A stretch of 64,000 bases of DNA from Vicugna vicugna (GCA_013265495.1 MU058065.1:7936302-8000301), one strand, 5' to 3'; positions 24,456-38,286 are shown, counted from the stretch's first letter. Notes: generated by a model not told the origin, from the sequence alone. Translations and numbers: made by a program.

Positions 24456-26822
24456 GGTGTCAAAATGACCTCAGTTTGAACATCTTTCTCCCTACTTAAT
24501 TTCAGCGGTCTGTTGCTTCTTTAAAGTTCTGAGCACATGCTGCTTAGCAGTGGGGCTCAGCCTTCATCTTAAGCCTTTCTGATGCCAAAGGTTGTGCTTT
24601 GAAACTTGACCTTGTGGAAGAGACCATCTATCTGTTTCTGAGCCATTGGCCTTTACTTCCAGGTCAGTACATTTCCAGCTTCACAAATGATAGATATGGC
24701 CAAGTGCCTGACATACACTGGGAGGAGTGACAAACACACCTATGGACCCAGACCATAAAAACTTCCCACGGGGTCCTCCATGGTCCCTCCCTCTCCTCAC
24801 TCCCACCACCATGTGGTTACAGTATCCACAGGGGACTCAGAGCTGTAGATAACAAGAGCCACTGGATGGATAGTGACTTCATGGAGCTGAGTCTTCCCAC
24901 CCCCACCGCTGGCGACGCCACCCCTCCTGCCCCAGAGATGTGCACAAGAAATCAGAGTATCCTATGCAAAGTCATTGAAGTCTGAGTACAGACACTTAAA
25001 CAGTTCACCTAGCCTGACCACAACAGTGCCCCATAGGTGGTTGATTAGAAAGAGATTATTTGGGGCGACAGTGAGATGGCAGGAGCTGTGTCAGCAGGGG
25101 CAGGGAGAGGTTCCTGGGGATGCTTAGAGAAGACTCAACATCCATTCCATGCCTTGACCACGCACCTGGAGGCCAGGGTGCTGACTAGTCTGAATGAAGG
25201 AGCTGGACAAAAGATGAAGGAAAGGCAGAAAAGGGCTGAGCCAAGTTCCCAGGAGCAGGGAGAGACAGAAGACATGCCTCGGAGTCCTCAGAGCAAGTCT
25301 ATAGTGTTCACAGGAACCAACAGGAGCAGCTGAGGGCAGCTACAAAGAGGGAAGGCCCCCAACGAGAAAGAGAAAACTCACATGGCCGGCCAGCGTGGCG
25401 GGCAGCCCGGGCAGCCCAAGGCTTCATTTGAGACCTGGCCCAGCTCTTTCTCCAGCAGCCCTCTGCAACATGAGCTGGCATCATGTCCTGGCAGCTGGTT
25501 TCCCACTGCCCATTCTCTTTCTCCCTCTTCTTTCTCTGAAATCTTCTCTCCCTGCCACCACCCACCTCCTCTTAAGTCACTGCCTTAGGGAGAGAATGAT
25601 AGTCCCCTGGGACAAAGAACACCCTAAACCTGTAAGCAGACCATTCCTCTGTCCCCCCACATACACTCTGTCCTGCTTATTTGTATGTCAATACCCAGAA
25701 TGCCTTGTTGGTCCATGCCAGAGCCATTAGACATGTCAGACAGTCGTTGCCAGTGTCTGGAGCCTGGAATTGGCAGAGTTAGATGTCCCTCAAAGGGCAA
25801 TGTGTTTGCTCTCATGCCAGCTGAAATTGGGAATGAGCTGCTTCGCCTGCAGCCTCGGTCCCCTTGACAGGGTTCTGCTAGCATGGTTTAAGTTGGCACA
25901 AGGCAAAAAGAAACCCAGCTTCAATAAGAAACGATTTTTAAAGCCATTGGACCAGCTTTCAAGGTCTCCACACTGCTCACCAAGTCCATCCACCAACACA
26001 GACCTTCCACATTATCTAGCTCAGCCCAGCCCTCAAGACTGTGGCTTCTCTCACCATCACGGGCGGCAAGAGAACTTTTTACAATCCAGACTTGGAAGTC
26101 TACCTCTCCTGCCATAATTTCAGTTACAGCAGCTTCCTCTTTGGGGTCAGAGAGGGCAAGCAACTTGCAAAAAAAAAAAAAAAGAAAAAAGCACCCAAGC
26201 CTGATGGACCCCCAGCCTTGGACCTAGGGTCTCGGAGTTCCCTCGAGCTACTGCTCAAGAGGTATCAGTCCATAGCTCCAGAGAACAGCCTGGGGAAAGC
26301 TGCCTCCCTGGCGTCACAGGGGAAGGAAAGGCAGGCGTCAGATGGGAACAAGCACCAAGAAAACACCCAGAGAATAATCATAAGAGATGACGCTGAAAGT
26401 GTGCGTGGAAGGTGGGCAGAAAAGGGTGGATACTAAAGAAGAATAAGAAAAACAGCAAACAGGACACAACTTCATGTTCTGCCTCATCCAAAAGGCTTCT
26501 TTGTGCATTTGGAATTAGACACATCTGCTCCTGCTCCTGCTCCTGCAGGAATATAAAGCACACCATCCCTGACTCAGATATTTGGTAGCTCGGTGACCCA
26601 TTCATTCAGTCAGACCCAATGTGCTTACTCTGTGTCTGACACCATCGTGGTAACTGGGGACATGCCAATGAAAGATTTGGCCTCTGCAAGATGGTACCTG
26701 CATATGCCAGTGTGGCCAGCAAGCCCCTTTCCTCCCTGCCTCGTGCTGTGACTGCCTTCTGGGTGTCAGGAATGGATCCCCCAGAGTCTTCCACGCTCCC
26801 TTGTCAGGGCAGCAGTGGGCCC

Positions 26823-27074
26823 AGTAGCACAGGGGTAGAGTGGACATCGAAGTCACACTGCTCACGTTCAGAAGTATGTTCCGCTGCTTTTCGAGCTGGG
26901 CGATCTTGGGCAAGTCCCTTGTCCCCATGCCTCAGCTTTCTCACCTGCAAAATGGAGCTAATAACAGAACTCCCTCATAGAGTTGAGATGAGGACTGAAT
27001 GAGTTAACACTCATATTGCTCTCAACACAGTGTCGGATGCACATCAAACCCTCCATAAACACGAGCCATTGTTA
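26823..27074 (+). mobile_element. MIR SINE (near full length)
   Basis: 'gatcttgggcaagtcccttg...tgcctcagctttctcacctgcaaaatggagctaataacag...ctcatagagttgagatgaggactgaatgagttaac'. Confidence 0.88.
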
Positions 27075-27889
27075 TCGCTGCAGCTGGCTGCACATAGTAA
27101 CAAAGTCACTGCCAAGCTTCAGGGAGCAGCAGCCAAGGCCACAGACCTGAGCAAAACTAAATGATTTTTACAAGAAACTAGACCATGAATTTGGCTTCCT
27201 TGCTTGGGGTGCTAACCAGATAAGTATAAGAAAATGAGCACTTATCACAGGGATAGGCCAAGGGGTACATTGATTATTGGAATGATGATTGGCTAGGAAC
27301 TGAGGAGAATTTCAGATTGAAACATTTGTCCAGAAGGCCTGTTCCTGCTCCCTGGCACTCAGCCACCACATGGCTGTGGGGAGAGGGTTGGTGAAGTAGA
27401 AAGGGAGACACAGAGAAACTTCTGAGACAGTGCTAGGGCCCAGACCCACAGGTCAGGGGGCCTTACATGAGGCCCATGTTTCTCCTTGGAATGAGAAAAG
27501 TGATGCGTGGACCATTGCTAAATGTTTCACAGCCTTGACACCACCCTTTCCTTGGTGTCTTCCCACCTGCCTTCCCCCATCCCAACCCTCAGGGTGGGGT
27601 CAAAGACAGAGGGATTTGGAGAGCTGAGCCCCAAGTCCCAGGAAAACTCCTTTCTCTGTTCCCCAGGATTAGAAGATTAGGAGGAGAACAAAGGAGCAAT
27701 TCACCAGTGGATTCTGCAATTCTCCCACGTCCAACTCAGCACCCGCTGAGTTCCCACAATCTCAAGTGGCTGGAGAGAAGGTGGGACCAGCTGGCTGGCC
27801 TGAAACAGTGTCTGTACAGCGTCCTCGCCTAGAGACACTTTAATGTCTCCTGGGCATGTAGCTTGGGGTAGAAGGGAGGAAGGGAATGA

Positions 27890-27911
27890 GTGTGTGTGCG
27901 TGTGTGTGTGC
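27890..27911. repeat. (TG)n microsatellite
   Basis: Read directly from the sequence. Confidence 0.9.
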
Positions 27912-30900
27912 ATGTATGTACAACAGTATGTACAAAATCAGAGGTGAGGGAGCTAGGTAGTGAACCAGAAAACTTTCCATAAATCTTCTATTCAGAAAAA
28001 TGCCTGGTTCCCACCCAGTTTCCTTAAATCCAGAAGACAATGACCAGGAAAATGACGGCTGTATGACTGACAACCCAACCCCACCTCCAGCACACACACA
28101 CTCTGCAAAAGACACATTTTGAAACTTTGGGAAAATTGAGAGAGGAAAAACTTCCCACAATTTCATTATGGGTAGCATTTTGGGTATGTTTCTTTCTGTT
28201 TTTTCCACTATGTATCTTTTAAATTATATGTATCTATTATCCAGTTCACACTCTCTCGGGTCCTGTGATGTCTTCTCATTCTTAAGATTATACCACAAGC
28301 ATTTTTCCGTGTTGCAACAAGTTCTCCCCATCCAGCTTTCTCTCAGGCTGGAGCCTAATGTGAGGGCTGATTGTTGAATGAGTTCAAGACGATTCCGAAG
28401 AGGAAGAGGAGACCGAGGGAGACCCTGGGGTTTGCGTGTGTCAGCTCACACAAGGCCTACTTCCAAATGCAATATGGAAGGCACACTCTTCTCAGTTGCC
28501 TGACAGCCCAAATAAAATAAGCAGAAAGCAATGAAAACTGAAGCTGTGAAGGAAATTATGCTGACTATGAAGATAATTACACGCTAAAATGGATTAAAGT
28601 TCCCTGCATCTTTCTGTCCAGGGTGAATTGTGGTCACTTCTTTCTAGATGCCAACAAATGCACACAACGTGGGTCCTCTTACCAAAAGGGTTTAGTATTG
28701 AGTGTTCTTAATGGATCTTTTCCTCCACTCCTGTTTTCCCATGTAAAATAAATTCACATGCATCCTCATTTCCTAGAACCCAACCCTCTCACCTCCTAAA
28801 TATCCAAACCGTCTCTTCCTCATTTTCTCCAGACTGGGCGTCTTCCAAATAGGTGGTGTGTAGGGAATCCTGAAAACACTTCTTATCCTTGGGAAATGGG
28901 GATTGGTTGGCAAAGGTAACTTTCAGCAAGGGCTTTCATATCCTGTTTCACGAGTACTTAGGCTCTGCTTCTTTTTCTCTAGACAGGGATGCCAGAAAGG
29001 GGTTTGATGCAATGTCTGAAGCAGGAAAAGTGTGTGGGTTAAACAAGGAGATGTTTCTTAGACGGAGCAGATATGGCTTCGTTTAGGGGATGAGTATGAG
29101 GTGAAAGTCCATGCAGGTGCAGGAGCAGAGAAGCTCCCAACCATAGCTTGTAGGTTAACACATCCTGCTGCTCACCTCCCCACTCTGGTCCATAGAGACC
29201 AAGACCTTCCTCATCCTCCAGTCTCCAGAGAGGTGTCAGCTATCACCAGCTGGGTCCAAAAGGACAAAAGACCCTCGCTCTGTGGGGTCCTCCCAGAGGA
29301 AGCCTCTTGTTGCTCTGGCACAGTTTTGCTATGACCCACAGAGCTTGAGAAAGAATGAAGATGGGAGTGGTCACTGTTTGGGAGAAAAGAGTTTTCTTCC
29401 TAAGTTACTTGCCTAAAGGCCTGGGATGGGAGGAGAACGGAGAAGAATTTTTTGCTGGTTACGCAATTATCATTGGAGGTTTCAGGTATTGACTGATACC
29501 ATTAACAATCGGCACCTGCCCCCTGCCTTCTTTGGAGAATCCATTCCTCATTTGGCTTCAGCCTTTGATGTCTGGGTTCTCAGGCCCCTCATCCAGCTGC
29601 TCATGGGGAAACGCCCTCCTGACTAAGAATGAGCAGGAGGTGGGGAATGAGAGGCAAAGGAGCATAGACTCTGTATCATGAAAGCTCAAGTCAGAGTTAA
29701 AGAGAAAAGCCAGTGTCATCTCCGACTTACAGAGCAATTAATTTGGAAAGATGCTGTTGCGAGCCCTGAGTGCTTGATAAGTGAGACACAGACACAGTGG
29801 GGAGAAGGAGCTGGTGATTCTTTCAACTAATTTTTAAAAGTCACAGCATACCAATAGTTGGAAAAAGAACCTCAAAGTTCATCTCGAAAAATCCTCCTTC
29901 TGCAGATGAAGGCATCCAGGTTCACTCAGCCAAAGTGGTCTGCCCAAAGTTTGGACCAGAGCCAGGGCTGCAGTCACCGTGTGTTTAACCCAGCTCTAGG
30001 GTCTTTGCGTTGCTCCATGTTCCCATTCACACCGCGAGCATGCTAGCTCCCCTACTGCCGTGCACAGCGTCACAACACATCTCGCTTTGGAGTGAGGATT
30101 ATTATCCACTGTGCTGCCTTGATACTTTTTGTAGAGTCGGATGCCATGCAGCAGGGGGCAAAGCGTGCAGAGTGGCAAGCAGGACATCAAGTCTCTAAGG
30201 GAGTTTTCAGGAAAGAGGCAACAGGCTGAGAAATAAAGAAAGAGCAAAGACCCCAGAACATTTGAAATGGGGACGATTACGAGCTTATAGTGATACCGGA
30301 GGGAAAGTTGAGAATGCTTCTGTTCTAGGCAGAGTCACAAATGAAGAATTTGTGTTCCGTGCTCCCAAGTCCCCTTATCTCTACCTTTTCCTCTCCCGGA
30401 CCTCAAGCTCCTCTTCTTCATAAGCAACATTTTCTTCCAGGAAAGAAGCTAATAAGCACACACACTGAAGCAGAACTGACCAAAAATTCCCTTAGGCAGA
30501 TTCCATAAGATGTCAGAGGTAGAAGGGACTAAGATTAACATTGTCAAGCTAGCCTGAAAAAAAAAACAATGCTTTTTAATCTAGAAGTCAAATAATAGGT
30601 ATCATCATCACCTACATCATGGACCAAGAATGTAAATCTAAGCACTGATCAGCCTGCCTGGCAGGGAGCAAGCTCTCAGCAGAGGCCTGGAACTCAGGAG
30701 TTACCCCAACTCTGCACCCCTTCTCAGAAGAGTTTGGCCTGTGGAGGTATTTGCAGGATCAAACATTCTTTTATGATTTTGTGTGTGTGTCCTTTCAGGA
30801 TGCTCTGCCGCAGGCTTCACCTCTCGTCACCCTAAGGATTTGGAACCATATCCTTTCCAAGAGGTTGTTGTCCCTTCTCTACTGGAACTCAGAGAGAGCC

Positions 30901-32064
30901 AGGATGGGACAACATGTCCCTCTTCTTTCTCTTGGCCACCATAGGACTAATACTCCAAACTGCAGTTATATGAACATTTCTTTGTTAAAGAATTAGGGAA
31001 AACTAAAAAGGGAACAGTCATTTTACTGGACAGACTTTGAGTGAGCTGTGAACATGGACTCTCTCAGCTCCCAAGGGAAGGCATCTAATCTTCAGGCTTT
31101 GACAAGGAAGAGATCATCTGTGCAAGTCCACCACGCTGCACAAGTCCCGGGAGCACCTTTCACACAACAGCCTATGGGATGGCTCCCTTGTGCAGGGCCT
31201 GGCCTAAACAGCTAGAAAGACAGCTTTGCCTCACCCCTATGTTGACGCCCTCTGCACTCAGATTATTCACATGGCCTCAGATGCCCACTTCTTCAAGTCT
31301 CTGTGTCCTAAATGCTACTCTCCTTCAGGAACCCTCTTCTCCTTTCTGTGCAAAGAGATGCTAACCCCCTAAGTCATTCCTATGTTTTACTGTCTCATGT
31401 ACAACTATAGATACAACCACATGGTCAACATCAGTGTGTGGTCATCACTGAGTCTCAAAGATTGCAGAAGAATGGGCTCTAGCCCTGTTAGTCCTGTAAC
31501 CGAGAGTGAATGTGGACCCTCCAATTCTCCTACCAGGGAGAGCTGTCCCAAGATAAACAGTAAATGGAGGAGAGAATAGAGTACAATTCAAACCACAAAG
31601 CTCTAGATGGTCAATGAGTACCCATTATTGTGTGACAAGCATTTGGTTTCTCTGGAGCTCTCTCCTGTGGACAGCCATGCCTACAAAATGACTGCCCCAG
31701 GGTTTATATGTTTCTGCATCTAATTGAAAGACCCTAATAATAACCTGTATGATTCCCCAGATAGCAGATCCTCTCTTGAATGCACGCATTCTCAAGTGGG
31801 GTTTTATCATTGTAAAAACTGGTTCTTGGGGGGATGAAAAACACCCTAGATATGGCAATGATTTGCAGGCTCCAAAGGGTCACAGTACATAAACAAATAG
31901 ATTACACGGCAGAGGAGGGGAAATGATTAGGAAACCAATGCTTAAAAAGGCTCCTTAGAGGAGCAATGATGAGAAAAAGTTGGGAAACATCCCTCTCATA
32001 GAAAAGGGAGTGAGATGAGGGAAAGCTGCCAGTTCTAACTGCTGTGATAGTTAACACCATCATC

Positions 32065-32270
32065 ATCACCATCATTAAAAACATTCTGTATGCATGCCCA
32101 AAATTAATCCTCCTAATAATCTTAAGGGTAAGGACTATTATACTCATTTAAGATGATGAAATGGTTTTAGAGGTATTGTCCAAGCCCACACAGCTAGTAA
32201 CTGGCAAAGGCATGATTCCAAGCCAGTTCCATCTGACTCCAAAGTCCAGGGTCTCAACCATCTTAGAATG
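32065..32270 (-). mobile_element. MIR SINE
   Basis: 'ttaatcctcctaataatctt...actattatactcatttaagatgatgaaa...gtccaagcccacacagctagtaactggc...tctgactccaaagtccagggtctcaacca'. Confidence 0.85.
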
Positions 32271-33256
32271 CTGACTGCATGGTCAGTCCAGCAGAAGGGA
32301 GGCTGGCAACAGAGCAGCCCATGTCTAGATTCCACCATCTACTCCACCACCCTGAGTCTACCTGTAAGACCATGGAGGACAGTTAAGTTCTAAGAAAGGA
32401 GACAGACGGTCTGGGAAAATTCTGGGTTGAGTTGAGAATGAGGAGGGAGGGAGATGGCCCCACTGTCCCCTCAGTCTGCCTCCTCTGCCTTTGGGACCAG
32501 GATCCTGGAACCTGGGACAAAGAGAGATGTGAGAAGGGGGAGGGTGGTCCCTGCTGTGTGCTCAGCAACTACTGCTGAAACCCCAGTGTGGGGCTGCTGC
32601 CAAGCCCCAGAGATGGGGTGACCTCTATGCAAACAGAACTTCCCCAGGCAGCTCTTCTGCAAATATAAACATGGACTCACCACGTGACGGGTTCAACCAG
32701 TTCATGTAAACAGCAAAAGGAGAAAAAAATTCAAGGGAAAAAAATATGCTCCAACCAGACGAAGCAGGGTATGTAGCTTTGTGACTCAAAGAGGGGAAGT
32801 TCAAGAGCTGAAGGGCACAGAACTCCTTGGGCCTGCAGGAGGGCCACAGGTGCTCTTCCAAGCTGGGCACAGGGAGCTGTGATCCCTTCACAGTGTGGGA
32901 AATCTTTTGTCAGGGCAGAGGAAATGGGTTGCTTTTCCCAGATATCTGAAGCATATTGGGTTAGACTTCCATGGAAAACAGAGAGGGCACTCCTGAAGCA
33001 GAAGGGCCTATAGTTAGACATTAGAAGGACTTCCCCATTGCCAGGTGCCTTCGTGGAAGGAAGGTGCCTCAAGAGGTCCATCTAAGCTTGAGGACAGCCA
33101 ACTCCCTACAAGCAGGGGGATGGATGGAATAAACTCTCGACAGCACGCCACTCCTCCCTACCCCTACTCCCCCAACCCTACTGTTGGTGCTGGCAAAGAG
33201 GATGCTTTCCTCCCATGGCCCCGTGTTACCTGTAAGAATGCCAGCAGAGTATCTGG

Positions 33257-33287
33257 GTTTGTTTTGTTTGTTTGTTTGTTTGTTTTT
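33257..33287. repeat. (GTTT)n simple repeat
   Basis: Read directly from the sequence. Confidence 0.9.
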
Positions 33288-33984
33288 CAAATAATCCACA
33301 CTGCCCCCGTGAAAAGAGCCAGCTCTCCAAAGCATCTGCAAATACCACACTCTCCTGGGCCAGAAGAGTTTTGACGATACTCCATCTTGGTCTTTCCAAG
33401 ACACCCATTACCCTGAAATAAGCCAGCCAAGGAGGAGGTTGGCAGATGGACCTCATGGACAGTAGGGGGCAGGATGCTGTACACCGCTGTTGTGGCCTCC
33501 CCAGCCTTTCCAAAAGAAACCACAGAGCTCTAGGCTGCCACCACAGTCGGGGCAGTCAGAAGTCTCTGACTCTGGACTGAACCAAGAGTTCTGTGGGTCC
33601 TGCTCTAGGCCCTAGCTCTGTGTTGGGATTCATCCAAACACCTACAGCCTCCTCTGGCATACAGGGGACTCAAGGACCCACCTGGCCCACCCGGGAACTG
33701 AAATCACGCTGAAATTCAGTTCAGCACAGGAATCGGGGGGTGGGGGACAGGAGGAAGAAGACTGAGCAGGCATAGCTTGGAGGAGACTGGATGAGTCTAG
33801 GAGGCAGTATAAAAACGGAATAAGGACAGGTGGATTTCAATGCTTTAAAAGCAACAAACCCTATGTGTGTAACTTATCATGCACATTTACTTTCATATTA
33901 TCATATGTAGGCATGTAGGGCTATCTATATGGGCCAAATCAATAATAGATTAAGTCCTGTAACAACAGAAGATATTTGGGGCAG

Positions 33985-34185
33985 CCCAGTCCCATGAACT
34001 CCTAGCTCCACCACACCTTATCTGCACGACCTTGGGGAAGTAACATGACTTCTCTGTACCTTGGTTTTAAAATGGGATTAATAAAAGTACATATCTCATA
34101 GAGTAACTCTGAGAATTAAATGAGTTAATATTTGTGAAGCTCTTAGAACAGTGCCTGGCACATGAAGTATTATTAGCATTTGTTA
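33985..34185 (+). mobile_element. MIR SINE
   Basis: 'gaccttggggaagtaacatgacttctctgtacc...aaaatgggattaataaaagtac...gaattaaatgagttaatatttgtgaagctcttagaacagtgcctggcacat'. Confidence 0.9.
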
Positions 34186-34254
34186 AACACACATAGATGC
34201 AAATGAATTTGCTTAGTATTTAATGCCCTGTGACTCCTCACCCTATTCTTTCTT

Positions 34255-34385
34255 TTTTATTTCATTTATTTACTCAATAAATATTTATTGAGTGCCTACC
34301 ACATGTCATGTTCTGTGCTGATACTGCAGCTGTAAAAATGAGCAAAAACCACCATGGCCTACCCACTCTTGAGGCTCAGAGTCTT
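34255..34385 (-). mobile_element. L2 3' tail
   Basis: 'ttcatttatttactcaataaatatttattgagtgcctaccacatgtca'. Confidence 0.75.
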
Positions 34386-34627
34386 AATGTCTCCCTTTCT
34401 GTTGAAGTTTTTCTCCAGGCACCTCCAAATCCATGTCAGGTTAAACCAGCCCAGCCTGGATCACATCTTGCCTAGGGGCACACAGCCATGAATGCAGGAT
34501 CTGAAAAGGAAAATTGCTTGTGGTTTTACAGCTGTCCCAGCCTTGTGCACAGGAGGAAAAATTGCTGGAGTCACTGGAATGAGCTCCAGTGTTTGGAATG
34601 CAGATGGCACAAACCCAAGTTGAGCTG

Positions 34628-35135
34628 GGGTGGCAGGTTCAGTAGACTGCCCTGCTCAGCACCCATTCCAGCTTCTAGCTGACCTTCCTCTACTACAGAG
34701 GCTGAAACCCCAAAACCTACATGTCTCAGATGCCCAAGCAGTTAAGGTTTAGGATTCAGTTTAGGATGTACTAACCATACACATTTATTCAAGACTTTGA
34801 CTCGGAATCAAGTTATGGAGGAAGAGAGAACCAGTATGGTATATACATTTAACTGGAGCAGACTGGAGGAAAGATAGGGGGTGGCAACAGCAGCCAGCTG
34901 CGGCCATGTCGGCTTTCTGATCCCAGCAGAGGCAGCAACTCCCAAGGGGGGCCCAATTCTGCAGCATGGTTTGGGGAGTCGTTCCTAGAAGCTCAGCCTA
35001 AAATATTTTTCTTCAGCCCTCCCATTTGGCCCATGACAGCCCATCTATACTTCTTAGTAAATCCTTTTCAGCCTGTACTAGCTGGAATGGATTCCATTTT
35101 TGGCAACTAGAAGTAGAAGTTATCTAGAACTGACC
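34628..35135 (+). mobile_element. ERVL-type solo LTR (LTR33-like)
   Basis: 'cccattccagcttctagctgaccttcctctactacagaggctgaaaccccaaaacctacat...gcagaggcagcaactccc...ggggagtcgttcctagaagctcagccta...taaatccttttc' matches the recalled LTR33 organisation. Confidence 0.75.
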
Positions 35136-35499
35136 ATCTCTAACAAGGTAATTATGATTGAATGGAAGCCTAAACCTAATGAGAAAATTCTATTTCCTAA
35201 GGTGCTGAGAAGGAAGACATCAGTTTCCCTAATCTTTGGTCAGCACCAACAGCAAGACCCAGCATGAGATTCAGCAAATCCCTCCCAGGCATTTGTCTTT
35301 ATAGTAAGTGTCCCGGCTCACCAGGTAGAGAGCAGTTTGGAAGGTTTTAGCTGCATAGGCCATGATGAATTAGTAGACAAAGAGGAGATGTGTATAGCAC
35401 CATATTCTTTCTCACCCTAGCCCTCAGTCCCTGCCCCAGGGTTTTTGCTGGGTTTTTGCAGGGTTGTTCTATCTTCTGGGAAGTGACTTTCTATCACGT

Positions 35500-35700
35500 T
35501 CCCCTATTCTATCTTCTTTGCAGCACTTACCAATTATTTTATTGATCTATTTGTGTGTCTATTATCTGTTTTCCCCTATTAGAGCATAAGCTTTTGGAGG
35601 TCAGGAGATCTGAATTGTTCACACTGAGTCTCCAGACTGCAAAAGATGCCTGGCTCATAGTAGGGCCTCCAAACAAATTTGCTGACTGACTAACTTGTTC
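35500..35700 (+). mobile_element. L2 3' end
   Basis: 'ttagagcataagcttttggaggtcagga...ttgttcacactgagtctccag...tgcctggctcatagtagggcctc'. Confidence 0.75.
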
Positions 35701-37507
35701 ACTGACTTTCATTCCTCAAACCTACTTCCTAAAGGCCCAGGCTTTGGGGTATGAATTAAATCCCAAGGACATCTTGAGAACAGAAGACTCTCATGGGTTA
35801 AAACCTAGAGGTCAAAGGCAGGGAATCCTCCCCCTCCTTGAGAAATAAGTTAAATCAGATGGAAATAAATTTAATCTTCTCCTTCTCCCTTTATTATTCT
35901 AATTGGTTTAAATTTGTGGCAACTTTTCAGGATTCTCACAACAGAAAGCAACTCATGTTGCATTGGTAGCCCAGAAAGTAATTATCCTGTGGTTTTATTC
36001 TAATACACTAACAGAGATTCTCTTTGACTTTGAGGACCCCTGAGAGTAAAAAAGTAAATAATCAAGATTAGAAAATGCTTCTTTTCATTCTTTATGCTTT
36101 TTTAAAAAAAATTAAAAGCTGTGATAAAATGATTAAGCATGACAACTATCTTTCTTTTTTTAGTTAAAAAAGAAAGTGTGATTTAGAGTACAATGTAAGA
36201 CATGAATAAATAGAAGCAAACATTTGAACACAACTGGGTATCTCATTCGCTGACCTTTAACTGGTTTCAAATATTTCTGAATGCAGTCTTGGTTTTATTC
36301 CAGAATTGAGTAAATTAAACTCTTTTTGATTATCCTAACTTGGACATAAAGTCTCCCCAGGGCTTATCCCAAGTTTAGTGTGCTTTATGTCTTTGTAGCA
36401 GTTTTTTTTATTTTGTTAAAAAAAAAAAAGTACAAGGAGCTTCTACCCAGCTTTGATCTCTTTCTAATAAGAAAGACCTTTAGTATCCTACTTGCAATTT
36501 ATTAGAGAAAAGTCAAATTTGTCCTTTTAAGTCGCCAAGCTCTTTTCCTTCTTCCTTTCCCACTTTGCTGCCCACCAAAAAGAAAGGAAAAATCAGACAA
36601 ATGTTTTTCAGCTTCTGTACAACCTCATTTTGAAATTTCCAACCCTAGAAGTACTTATAAATTTGCATATAGTCAATCCTGCCCTCCAAGGAAATATCTG
36701 CTGTAGACAGAGTTTGTCCTGTTAAGAAAGGCATCAATTATTGCCCCTTGACACCATTAATTTTAAACAGGCAAGAATGTTCTTTTCAAAGGTATGAGAA
36801 GTAATTTCTCTACCATATTTACATCCCAACCATTGCACCCAAACTTATCTGCAAGATCCTTTGAAAATCCTCAATAAAGTAACAAAATAGAGACTGGAAA
36901 AACTGTCAACAGAAGGAGACGATATTGGGGACAGTCACCCAGGTGCCACAGGTGCCTCGGGCGCCTCTTGCCCCATCCGTCTCTCTTTGTTCTCAATTTA
37001 GTGGTATGGATATGGGGGTAAAAAACTCTCCTCTGTCCCAGGGCTCTGAAGTTTAATCCACCCCTTGTCAGGCAGTGGAGCAAACTTTCCCAGCTGTCAC
37101 CATGAGTCAGTTCACCCGAACAGATGTTGACAGTTTGGTTTACAAAGAAGAGAGCTAGAGGAGGGAGGAGTGGGGGCTGGAGAATATGGAAGGGAAGGCA
37201 GTGTTGCTCGAGGAGTCTGGCTCTCAAAGGACTCTCCATGTCTGCAAATTCCATGGCGTCCCTATTTCTAATCTGTCTCTCACTCTGCACCAGACCATCT
37301 GTACGCGGTGAACTTTCTATGTTGTACAGCTTCAGTTCTCTGCTATCTCATCCTTCTCATCCCCATTCTTCCTTCTTAGTGGTTCCTCAGGCTTTGAGAA
37401 ACCTCTGAGGATCATCTTAATACAGTGGTTTATAGATTACACCGAACAGTAAAATATCCTCCAAAGTTTGGGGCCAACAGGGGAATGCTGGCTTCTCATT
37501 TTCCAAT

Positions 37508-38260
37508 TGTGACTTATAATAATAAACATATATTTGGTCTTTGTCCACATTTCTGGCACAGAGCTCCTAAAATTCTTGAAATTTCCTGAGAGCCATAATG
37601 ATGTCTTGTGTTATGTTAATGAGGTGACACTTGGAAAGCCTCTAAGGATGGGGGCTGGTTGCCTGGAGATCCAACCCTGGGATTAGAGGGTTGGAACTCT
37701 TAGTCCCACCCCCTTGGCCTCAGGGGAATTGAAAGAGAGGCTAGAGGTTGAATCAATCACCAGTGGCCAGTGGTACAATCAATCATGCCTATATAATGAA
37801 TCCTCCATATAAACCCAAAAGGACAGAGTTCAGAGAGTTTTGAGGTTGGTGAACATGTGTTGATGCAGGGAGAGGGGCTTATGCACAGGGAATGGAAGCT
37901 CCGAGCCATTTCCCCGTACCTTGCCCTGTGTATCTTTTCCTTCTGTCTGCTCGTGGCATTTTTTATAACAATCCAGTGATCTAGCAAGTAAAATGCTTCT
38001 CTGGGTTCTGAGAGCCACTCTAGTGAATTAACTGAACCTAAGTAAGGAGGGGCCACTGGAACCTCCACGCTTTAGCCCATCAGTCAGATGCGCTGGCATC
38101 TGAGGTAGGGGTAGGGAGTAGGCAGAGGAGAACAGTTTTGTGGGACTGAGCCCATAACCTGTGGGGTCTGATGCTATCTCCAGATCATATCAGAATTTGG
38201 TTAATTGGTGGTATTGGAAAACCTACCCATACACCAGTGCTAGGTGTAGAATTTTATGGG
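37508..38260 (+). mobile_element. ERV solo LTR (MER21-like)
   Basis: 'tttctggcacagagctcctaaaa...ggatgggggctggttgcc...gattagagggttggaact...aatcaatcatgcctatataatgaa...ggttggtgaaca...ttgtgggactgagcc...tctgatgctatctccag'. Confidence 0.85.
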
Positions 38261-38286
38261 TAGAATTGGTACTGTTGGTTAAGTGC

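Noticed and set aside
26041..26436. 131-aa ORF with a poly-lysine, NLS-like run
   Set aside because: The lysine run comes from a genomic poly-A tract (26169-26190), and there is no other coding support.
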